A DNA stretch of 64,000 nucleotides, taken from the NCBI GenBank assembly GCA_010093745.1, contig MU005966.1:255628-319627 (forward strand), in the 5' to 3' direction. Below the pieces are notes generated by a model that had not been told where the DNA came from, did no database searches, and saw only the letters and a program-made list of their open reading frames with translations. Source of the DNA: Piedraia hortae CBS 480.64. Lineage: Eukaryota. This document shows, one piece after another, positions 1 to 8,788 of the stretch (position 1 is the stretch's first letter; every line of letters starts with the position of its first letter). The position numbers and the translations under genes are program-made.

Positions 1-937
1 GAACCTCTATGCACATCTCATCGACCTCCTAGCTTTCTTTTCCCGCGCTCACCGCCACATGTGTCGCACATTCGTCCTTACCTCCAACCTTCACCCTTGC
101 ATTGCCAAGCTGCTCTACTGCAAGCACAAGTTTGTCCAGCTAGCAGCCATCCGCCACTTTCGCATGTGTATTGCGCTGAGCGACGAGTATCACAATCACG
201 CTCTCAGGTCCATTGGCATTTTTGGCGAAATACTCGGGCTCATTGAAGGCCAGCCGCGGAACAACCTCGTCACGTCAGCCTGTCTGGAATTATTTGAGTG
301 GCTACGAAGGGAGAGGCACGATCCCATGCCGCCGCAAGAGGAGAAAATTCTGATAAGGTTCCTCGTAGAGTCGTACCGGGATCGTTTCCAGAAGATCAAA
401 TGGGTCCCAACTTTCAGGGGCTTGATATCTAAGTGGGAAAACATTTGCCGCAACGACTCTAACAACAACCTCCCCGACCACCTTTTACCTAACAGCAGCT
501 TCAAGACTGACTCTGAGGACGAGAGCTTTCTGGACGACGAAGATTTGAGCTTTGAAGAGATAAATAAGATGGACGAAGGTAACGAGTGGAGAAATTTCCG
601 CCTCGTTGAGCAAGCTGCACCGCAGACCGCCTCCCAGCAGCCAGCTACAAGCGTACAGATGGAAAGGACGCCCAAGAATAGCGACTACGAAGCCGAAAAT
701 TGGAACCAGTCCACCGGTCCCTCACCACGACCTCTGGTTAACTATCCCCTCGACGATGAGGACGACGGGGACGACTATGACCAGCCAACGAGGAAGAAGG
801 TTGTCCAACTCCCCAAGCGCTCATCCAGTAAGAGAAGAAGGGACGATCAGGGTGACGAGGACGGCCAAATCGGTTTGCTGCTGAAGAGAAGAAATTCGCA
901 AAGTAGGCATGATAGGTTCGGAAGAGAGGATGGGTAG
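1..937 (+). CDS. PSY2: PP4 regulatory subunit 3 (Psy2/SMEK/SMK-1 family), 3' part; gene starts before the window
   Basis: Frame is open from base 2. Motifs LIDLLAFF..H, KFVQLAAIRHFR and PRNNLVTSACLELFEW match the recalled Psy2/SMEK C-terminal region, followed by an acidic tail with LVNYP and basic patches. Confidence 0.85.
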   Translation, partial: NLYAHLIDLLAFFSRAHRHMCRTFVLTSNLHPCIAKLLYCKHKFVQLAAIRHFRMCIALSDEYHNHALRSIGIFGEILGLIEGQPRNNLVTSACLELFEWLRRERHDPMPPQEEKILIRFLVESYRDRFQKIKWVPTFRGLISKWENICRNDSNNNLPDHLLPNSSFKTDSEDESFLDDEDLSFEEINKMDEGNEWRNFRLVEQAAPQTASQQPATSVQMERTPKNSDYEAENWNQSTGPSPRPLVNYPLDDEDDGDDYDQPTRKKVVQLPKRSSSKRRRDDQGDEDGQIGLLLKRRNSQSRHDRFGREDG

Positions 938-1249
938 TTATTCACTGTCGACACAATGGTCTGTGCAGGAGAATTATTTTTCTAGAAAACAGTTTGATAT
1001 GTCCAAAAGCCATGTCTTTAGAGCTATGCCGTGTTGACTTTGAAAATTTTTGAATCCACCCGCAAGAGATGTCGTAGCTTAACCATTACCTTACGAAAAC
1101 CAATCAGGACATGCTAAGATTCTCACAGTGGATGCCCTTAACTCGCCCACTAACTCCACGCCTCTCAACAAGACGCATTAGGTTAACCGCCTTCCCGCCC
1201 ATGAGCAAAAAAGGTCCACCGAACCACCTTCCTCATGAGTCCAACTCGG

Positions 1250-2413
1250 CCCACAACCTCAGCCCACATCAACAGTTTCAATCCACAGCATACCAACATC
1301 AAATCTTACGAAAAAAGCTCCCAACTTCATCCCTAAGAGCGACCATTCTTCAGAACAGAAAAGTCACAACTGTTGTTGTGCCTCCTGATATACTTCAGGG
1401 CCGGCTTTGCGGAATGCCCATGAGAAATCACTCAGGATCATGGCTGGAGACGCAGTGTTCAAGGCCACGTGCAATGCTTTTCGATTGCTCAAGAATCCAA
1501 TTGAAATCTTCTTCAGTTTCTCCCAAGGCCGAGCAAAAGAAATGCAGTATGTGATGTTTACCGCTGTAGCCCCAACGATCTGGCAGAGCGGCATATCAAA
1601 CTGGTTCGCCCGAAAAATCCAATCAACATTGGGAAAAACAAATACGGCATAGACAAACCTTGCACGTTTTGTCAATCAACACAGGTCCAGGATGCTCCTG
1701 CTACATTTCAAGGCACCGGCGGAAGGTCCAGAGGACGCGGGTAATGCGCCCGTCGGTGCCACTGCCCGCTTTATACATAACACCATGCTGCTCACAATAT
1801 TTTTCCAGCTGCTCAAGGAACAGCTGGGTAGAAGTCAGCGGGCCAAACTTCTGGCAGCGAAGATTGGCCTGGATGTGTTGAACATCATCGACTGTTATGG
1901 GAATTGGACCAAGATTACCCTGGGCAGCTGCAGTTTGGATCGCTGGACCCGGCGGGGCCTGCTCTCTCCGGAAACACTCGGTGCCTGGGGCCGTTCCTTC
2001 AGCGACGAGTGTCGAATCTAGGTTTCCACGCAGCAGGGCCGCTATCTGCGTTGCCGAAAGCTCAGCTGTGCTCGACAAGCAATCCAAGCGTACCACCGAA
2101 AACCCGTATTCTGCGTCGAAATCGAAGGACTTAGCACTTGTCTTCTACTTGTTACCCGGCCACCGCAGGTGCATCGATAGTTAACCCGAATCTTTTCGCC
2201 ATTTGGATCGTATCTGCCGTTGATTTCCTTGCGAGCAAAGGACTGTTCAGTCACGGAATACCCACTCAGCCTTTCAGATTCCTGGAGTGCGTTCAAAGCA
2301 GCATTGCACGACGGGTACAGGCCCTTCGCGGACATGTCACTTGCGTGAACAACCGAATAGTTCGCGGGAAGGTCATCGAAGAATAGATGAAGCGGGTTAG
2401 AAGCCTGAGCCAT
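1250..2413 (-). mobile_element. Decayed Mutator-like (MULE) transposase pseudogene
   Basis: Broken minus-strand frames give an FAR1-like N-terminus (ALQESERLSGYSV...VNYRCTCG), then GRITRVLWTF, LIDKTCK/ANQFDMPLCQIVGATAVN (compare D-x-TYKTNRF-x-MPL) and PAMILSDFSWAFRKAGPEVYQEAQQQL (second Asp and QLC-H motif). Multiple stops and frameshifts. Confidence 0.75.
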
Positions 2414-2499
2414 TGTATTTGAGATACGTGAGCAAATGGACTGGACGAAAATGATATTGAACGTCAGTCGAAAAGTCCGTCTCAAGCAAGACCTGCTAA

Positions 2500-4110
2500 T
2501 GGAAGACTAATACAGATATGCTTGTCTAGCGCCAGCTATACTATAAATGGCTGACAGACCAAGGGGTGGTTCTGGGAGACGTTGCGGAATGAAGAAGGAA
2601 ATTATCTTCCGCTCGACTTTCCAACACCTCAGAGGCTCACCCTGGACGAATAACAATTTGTGGTAACTAAGGATAAGATTGAAGGAAGTCGCGGTCAAGT
2701 TGAAGACTGAGATCACGGATATAGATTGGTCCGGTCCCTGTAACGCTTTTGGTTGCAAAGCCACATTCGGCGGAAAATCATGATACTAAGGCGAGTTCTG
2801 TTTCTTGCGAAGCAAGACGGTAGAAGCTCCGAGCACTCTTAGCAAGGTATCTTTATATTGAACGAGGAGCTTACCCAAGATCATTCACCCCCACCGACCT
2901 AGAAAAAAGACCACTTTAGCTGTCATACGCACCAAAACGAAGGATCTCCTCTAGTGGCCATTGTACATCTAAGCACATTCCCGCAAAATTTCGTTGTTTG
3001 CTGAAAAATTTCTACCCAGGATAAACCGTAGATGCACTAACTACTGTACTGTCTTATCTATAATCTTCTCTTCACCAAGAGCAATGGCTGGTATCATATG
3101 TACTGGCTACATCTACGCTGGCAGGAAAGTAAAAATGGCCACCAGAGGAGCTCCCCTGAAGAAGACAAGGCGGGTGGTATATTTATGAGATATCACTATG
3201 TGAGAACATTCTGTCAGACGACTGCCTTAGGTAGATAGGGCACCGGACTCTCCAGGGTTTTACCTCATGGAGAATGTTTCCCCTGGAGCGTGGTTACATC
3301 AAAGGACGTTGTTACGGCGAATGCGGTCCGGTCCGGGGAGAGAGTCTAGAGCAGTCTTGCGGTGCAAGTCTTCTCTTGACCTCAGAACGATTCCATAATG
3401 AAGTATCACATACAATGTTGACTGCATGACCATTCACTGATATTGAAGTGATGTCAGTAAATCCATCCCTTCTTTTAATACATTCCCAGGTAAAGAGAAG
3501 GGGGATAAGAGTTTCATGATTTGTATGTTCGTCTATATAGCCTAAGTGAGTCACGGTGAGGAAATTTTCATGTTGAGATATGCCGTGATCGCCCAAAAGA
3601 ACACTTCCCACCCGGAGCTTGATGGTTGATGATTTGAGCCCAAGACTGTGTCAACACAAGAAAAATTAAGGATCCTCTCCGTGGCGGATGGTGTTCAACC
3701 AACTCCCAAAAAGGCGGTTACGTACACTCGGACAGTCGAGCATCGATCTGGCCACTCGAATCCACGCCCTATCCAACCCGTTAAAACGAAGCGGTTAACA
3801 AAGAACTTTTTCAATACGAGGTGCAATTGCGCATCCGCATACCAGGTTCCCTCAACCTCACACTTAAGGCGTGCTGCGGCGGCGGGCATCGTGACGAGGA
3901 CGGCTGGGAGGAAATGAGCATGCAAAGAGTAGACCTTATGGGTCCGTATCAAAGTAGGTATGTATCTTGCAGAGGAAAGTTTCAAGTTCCAGCTAGAACA
4001 GTTTAGTTGGTATAGTGTAAAGACCGATCTGACTGGAAAAGCCTCATTTAGGTAATCTCTTATGTATTCGAGGATTGACATTCCGGTATAGAGGAGCGGC
4101 ACTCGCTGTT
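2500..4110 (-). pseudogene. Fragmented lineage-specific gene remnant, possibly with an F-box-like N-terminus
   Basis: Several consecutive minus-strand ORF fragments (3695-4102, 3312-3611, about 2530-2770). ILEYIRDYL...VFTLYQLNCSSW loosely resembles an F-box. Confidence 0.25.
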
Positions 4111-4160
4111 AACATTGCGTGCAGACTACTCCCGTCTTGGTCAGTTGCTGGGAAACGCAT

Positions 4161-4497
4161 TGTTGAATTCAAGCATCGCCGCTAGCGCGTATGCGGGGCA
4201 CTTGCATAGCAAGTCAGCGATACCTCCTACACTACCAGCTGCAACCTAGGTTTTTTCCTTCACAGAAGTTTTCCCTCAGGGTCATGTCATGTGTGACATG
4301 GCGAATGCGCCCTGCTAGTATACGACGTGACGTCACCGGCCCACCGGTACAGAATTTTTATTCTGAACGTCCCCTCATTTTGAAATAGATAGTCATTCAC
4401 ACTGTCGTCCTGTCCCTGTTGTCAAGTTCCGTCTATCGCCTCGTCCTCTTAGTTCGGGCCGCTGCGCACTCTCACCCACGGGAGCCCAATCGCTACA
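4161..4497 (+). mobile_element. Solo LTR, copy 1 (337 bp, about 37-bp internal deletion relative to the other copies)
   Basis: Begins TGTTG and ends CTACA. Highly similar to 4890-5260 (inverted) and 38688-39041. Flanks are CGCAT and GAAGG. Confidence 0.88.
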
Positions 4498-4889
4498 GAA
4501 GGGGTGCGGAAAAGGGTGGAAGAGAGTATGGGGTTGATTGACTGTGCACGGATCGTATTGCTTGCGACAGATCTGAGCAGCAAAATTTAAGGTTGGCAGG
4601 GTCTGCGCAGATGTGTGCTATGTATGCTGGCTGTGAAGAAAAGTAGCCTCCTTGGGGTTGGGTTGGAGGATGTCACGTGATGACTATGACCAACGTCCCC
4701 TCATGTATGCAGTATCGATAAACTATACAAATATTTACGTCTCAGTGTGCTCACACTATCAGTTCGTCCCCTTTAACTGGTTATGAACGCGAATGGCCTC
4801 GCATGTCGCCAGTGAAGCGATTGGCAGTCCCTAATCTACAGTAGGCAATGCCCTTGTCAATCTTGATCATCAATATCTCTTGTAATGCA

Positions 4890-5260
4890 TGTAGCGATAA
4901 GGCTCTCGTTGATGGGAGTGCGCAGCGTCCCGAACTAAGAGGACGAAGCGATAGACGGAAATTGACAACAGGGACAGGACGGATGCAGATGGATATGAGT
5001 CAATACCAGTGTCAATATGACAGTGTGAATGACTATTTCAAAATGAGGGGATGTTCAGAATAAAAATTCTGTACCGGTGGGCCGGTGACGTTACGTCGTA
5101 CACTAGCAGGGCGCATTCGCCATGTCACACATGACATGACCCTGAGGGAAAACCTCTGTGAAGGAAAAAACCTAGGTTGCAGCTGGTAGTGTAGGAGGTA
5201 TCGCTGACTTGCTATGCAAGTGCCCCGCATACGCGCTAGCGGCGATGCTTGAATCCAACA
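4890..5260 (-). mobile_element. Solo LTR, copy 2 (371 bp), inverted relative to copy 1
   Basis: Reverse complement begins TGTTGGATTCAAG and ends GCTACA. Flanks in its own orientation are GAAGG and TGCAT. Confidence 0.88.
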
Positions 5261-5583
5261 CCTTCCACTTCTGTCCGGCAGTCGGTCATTCAATACCGTT
5301 GGCAGTGCACTCTCTTCAACGCGACTCCTTGTTTATCACTTAATCAGCCTTCCAAATAGCGTTCGCGTGTGCGACTGCGCGCTTTCCTTCCAGACCCTCT
5401 TGCGCGACTTCATGCCCACTGGGATCTCAACTCGGTGGAGTTGTGAGCCTAATAGTGAGCATGGGGTCGCTTCTGTTGCCTGCCATTTAATGTGGCGTGC
5501 TACATGCGCACTAGTCAAGAGCTGCGAGTAGAGCTGTGGAGAACTGCCACAAACCTGTGCTTCTGTGTTGGAATTGGGTATCT

Positions 5584-5700
5584 TGGCCAGCCAATCAGAG
5601 TCACGCACTCCACCTGAACCAATCAGGTTCAAGAAAGTTGCGGAACTATTCCGCCCCAAACACTTTTCTGACGCGTCGCTCCCCTTTCTTCTTTTCTTCT
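5584..5700 (+). promoter_or_regulatory. Putative U4 snRNA promoter: two CCAATCA boxes, GCGGAA-n-TTCCGC palindrome, TGACGCG, pyrimidine tract
   Basis: The same motifs occur in the same order upstream of the second U4 copy (27069-27190), while the spacers have diverged. Confidence 0.6.
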
Positions 5701-5705
5701 TCAAC

Positions 5706-5834
5706 ATCCGAGTGCACGGGCAGTACGCATATCAGTGAGGATTCGTCCGAGATTGCGTTTTTGCTAGTTGAAAACTTTTACAGTTTGACCGCTCCTGTTG
5801 GTCTTCGGATCGGCAGGGAATCTTTGGAACCTTT
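5706..5834 (+). ncRNA. U4: U4 spliceosomal snRNA, copy 1
   Basis: ATCC..GTGCACGGG..TACGCATATCAGTGAGGATTCGTCCGAGATTG(C)GTTTTTGCT(A)GTTGAAA closely matches recalled yeast U4 (5' stem-loop, kink-turn, stem I). The 3' hairpin CCTGTTGGTC-TTCG-GATCGGCAGG is followed by an Sm-like AATCTTTGG. Confidence 0.93.
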
Positions 5835-6233
5835 TTGCTTTTCATCAGTTTGGTGGCCGCGCGCTGGACGCGGCGCTGAAGAGGAGCATGGCTAGGATAG
5901 GCAGGATCGGATTATGATACTATAGTCGAGCTTGGGTATAGGAGACGCCTGGCCCAGCCGGACTCTTGTAGCGGATGGTGGATAGCAAATTCTTCTCAAT
6001 ACCCCCAATCTGGTCACCAGACACCTGTATATACCTGGACACAGCAGTTCCTTTGATGTCTGATAGAAAACAGATCTCTTGTGCCAGCTCGCTCCGCTAT
6101 CCACATCCGACTACTTCCGTTCAGAAAACAGCCTCATCGACCTCGGGATAAAACAGACCCCGCCAAAACCTGCCTGAGGCATCTATCCCACCTCACCTCA
6201 TCCCCTTTCACTTCCGAGCGTGCAACAGCAACG

Positions 6234-7250
6234 ATGCTCTCTCGCACCTTTGTCCGAGCCCGGGCAACCTTTAGCGTCCGATTCCCTGGACGGACGAACC
6301 TCTCAACGCTAGCGGTCCTAGAACAGAACAATGGCGCGCTGAATCCGAGCTCGCTGTCAACGCTGACGGCAGCGCGACAGCTAGGCGGCGAGGTCCACGC
6401 GTTGGTGGCGGGGATCAACACTGAGAACGCAGCGGCCACAGCCGCAAAGGTGAAGGGCGTGAGCAAAGTGCTGCAGGTGCAGAACGAAGCGTATGAGCGC
6501 GGACTGCCTGAGTCGTTTGCGCCAATGGTCAAGGCGAATGCGGAGAAAGGAGGGTATACGCATATCCTGGCGGGGCATTCGGCGTTTGGGAAAAATGTTA
6601 TGCCCCGTGTGGCGGCGTTGATGGACCTTCAGATGGTTAGTGATGCGATTAAGATGGATGGGAACGAGGAATTCACAAGGCCGATTTATGCGGGAAATGC
6701 GATTCTTTCGATTAAGAGTACGGATAAAGTCAAGTTGGTTACGGTTAGGGGGACGGCGTTCCAGGCTCCACCCGAAGATGCTGAGGGGAACAATGCTCCT
6801 GTAGAGGCGGGTGAGGATCCCAAAGCATCGAGCCCGACGGAGTGGGTGGGCGAGGAACTGAGCACGTCTACGAGGCCGGACCTGTCTACGGCGAGCCGCG
6901 TTGTGTCGGGCGGAAGGGGACTAAAGTCCAAGGAGGAGTTTGATCGTCTCATTCCGCCGCTCGCAGACGCCCTCGGCGCGGCTATCGGCGCCTCTCGCGC
7001 TGCCGTAGACAGCGGCTTCGCTGACAACTCCCTGCAAGTTGGCCAGACGGGCAAGAACGTGGCGCCGCAGCTGTATTTCGCCGCGGGAATTAGTGGAGCC
7101 ATCCAGCATCTGGCGGGCATGAAGGATAGCAAGGTCATTGCCTGCGTGAACAAGGATGCCGATGCGCCCATCTTCCAAGTGGCCGACGCTGGTCTCGTTG
7201 GCGACCTTTTTGAAGTCTTGCCCGAGTTGACGAACAAGGTGAAGCAATGA
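6234..7250 (+). CDS. AIM45: Electron transfer flavoprotein alpha subunit, mitochondrial
   Basis: Motifs RPIYAGNA, VVSGGRGLKS, GASRAAVDSG, QVGQTGK and GISGAIQHLAGMKDSKVI. ATG 6234 gives a mitochondrial presequence. No intron. Confidence 0.96.
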   Translation: MLSRTFVRARATFSVRFPGRTNLSTLAVLEQNNGALNPSSLSTLTAARQLGGEVHALVAGINTENAAATAAKVKGVSKVLQVQNEAYERGLPESFAPMVKANAEKGGYTHILAGHSAFGKNVMPRVAALMDLQMVSDAIKMDGNEEFTRPIYAGNAILSIKSTDKVKLVTVRGTAFQAPPEDAEGNNAPVEAGEDPKASSPTEWVGEELSTSTRPDLSTASRVVSGGRGLKSKEEFDRLIPPLADALGAAIGASRAAVDSGFADNSLQVGQTGKNVAPQLYFAAGISGAIQHLAGMKDSKVIACVNKDADAPIFQVADAGLVGDLFEVLPELTNKVKQ

Positions 7251-7344
7251 AGCCATTAGGACATGTGATGATTGAAACCTCTAGGGCATCAGGACATAAT
7301 CATAGCGTTATCAAGAGTTACAGTTGTCGCGAAACAAGAAATTC

Positions 7345-8349
7345 TTATAGCCGCAGCTTCCACAGACCTACCGCGACCGCAACCGCCGCTCCGCCTAGCG
7401 CAAGCATCACATACGGCTGGCTGAGCGTCAACCCAAGGCGGCTAAGCCTTGTTTCTCCTGCAACAGCGGCCTTTTCCGGCCCAGACTGGGTAGTCAGCTG
7501 GATATCTGCATCGGATACGCGGCGTTTCGCCTCGCGCTCAGACGTCCTCACCGACTTCGCATCGTCTGGCGTCATGGGGGGCGTTATCAGCACCGCCGGC
7601 CGGACCTGGGACTGCCAAGTGTCCTTGGCTTCAGCCTCGCAGTCCTCCAACACGCTAGGAAGGGACCGTAGCGACACATTGGCACTGGGCCGCCGGTTGA
7701 CGGTTTCGCTGTCGCGCGAGGACACTCGTTCTAGCGTGGCCATGATGCCCTCGCGCGTCTGGGGAAACGACAGCAGCGTGGGGTCGTTGGGGTCAAAGTT
7801 CTGGTAATCACTGCTGCCGCGGCGCGAGTTGCGCTGAGACTGCGTCGACCATAGCCGCCCCTCGGATGCGCATCGGACCACCGACTCGCTAGATGGTGAA
7901 TCTTCGCCATCATACGAACCGAGGCGCTTCAACGGTGACGCACACTCGTGGGGCAGTAACGGCGCCTGAGTCTCCTCGGCGTTGGCATCGTCGTCATGGG
8001 TGTTCTCCGGCTGGGGACCGGCTTCGTAAGGGAAAAGCGGAGCGTCGTCGCTACTAGTCCTGACATAGCCCGAGCCCTTGACTATGAGCATGTTGTTCCG
8101 GTTGCCCGCCTCGTCCTCAATCGTGGGCTTCGCGCCGTCTAATACCCACCAGTCGCCGGGGCCAAGCCGAAACTTGTACTGATGCACACCAGGCTTGGCT
8201 TTGAAGACCTTGTAGAAGCAATTCTCGCCATTGGCCATGACCTCGCGGTCCATCTCGACGGGCGTCCATGGTGGCGAGCTGAGACTGGTGAAGATGTAGA
8301 CGGGAGGTGCGAGTTTGGGCGACGTGTATTCGATTCTGACTTGCTGCAT
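7345..8349 (-). CDS. AMPK-beta-type glycogen-binding (CBM48) domain protein with C-terminal hydrophobic anchor
   Basis: N-terminal PPVYIFTSLSSPPW...HQYKFRLGPGDWWVLD...GNRNNML, low-complexity middle, C-terminal VMLALGGAAVAVAVGLW. Confidence 0.8.
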   Translation of the reverse strand: MQQVRIEYTSPKLAPPVYIFTSLSSPPWTPVEMDREVMANGENCFYKVFKAKPGVHQYKFRLGPGDWWVLDGAKPTIEDEAGNRNNMLIVKGSGYVRTSSDDAPLFPYEAGPQPENTHDDDANAEETQAPLLPHECASPLKRLGSYDGEDSPSSESVVRCASEGRLWSTQSQRNSRRGSSDYQNFDPNDPTLLSFPQTREGIMATLERVSSRDSETVNRRPSANVSLRSLPSVLEDCEAEAKDTWQSQVRPAVLITPPMTPDDAKSVRTSEREAKRRVSDADIQLTTQSGPEKAAVAGETRLSRLGLTLSQPYVMLALGGAAVAVAVGLWKLRL

Positions 8350-8788
8350 CCCGGAAAGTTCCGAATCGCTTCGTGGGATAACAGGTGAAACGCCGCTGAC
8401 GTACGTCTTCTCTTGCGATACTGTCGTCGAGGAGGAATTAAGCTGCTGTAATGTGTGTCCGGGGAAGTGTTGATAGTCTTGGGCAGGAGAAGGCGATGGA
8501 CTTTTCTGGATTCAGGCTGGCCAAGGCCCCTCATGCGGCCCCGCGGTGACGACACTGCCGCTTGACCCGAGTGAACATTGCCTGAGGCACCAAATCGTTC
8601 ACCACGCTCGACATCCATCAACTCCAGGTGAGACCCAGGGGCTCCACGAGTCCAATGAAACCGAAACATGTCTGTATATAACCAGCGTGTCCAAACACCG
8701 TATATAATGATAGGTGCTAGCTAAATAGTTTGCTTTGGCGGCCGTTAGAGCCCCGAAATTCAAGAAAAAATTCCAGTCAACTTCAAAA

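Noticed and set aside
4191..4388. Duplicated small ORFs MRGTCIASQRY... (also 5033-5293)
   Set aside because: Incidental frames inside the LTR copies.
4161..5260. A single foldback/MITE element with about 340-bp TIRs
   Set aside because: The arm occurs alone at 38688-39041 with TG...CA ends and its own 5-bp TSD. The outer flanks (CGCAT, CCTTC) are not a TSD. Two solo LTRs explain the data better.
5536..5895. Paralogous ORFs sharing STSECTGSTHISEDSSEIAF (also 26914-27414)
   Set aside because: The shared peptide is only the translation of the duplicated U4 snRNA gene.
6134..7807. Long antisense or overlapping ORFs on ETF-alpha and the CBM48 gene (similar ones on CCT8, cys2 and the RING genes)
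   Set aside because: Expected shadows of GC-rich coding sequence with no recognisable motifs.
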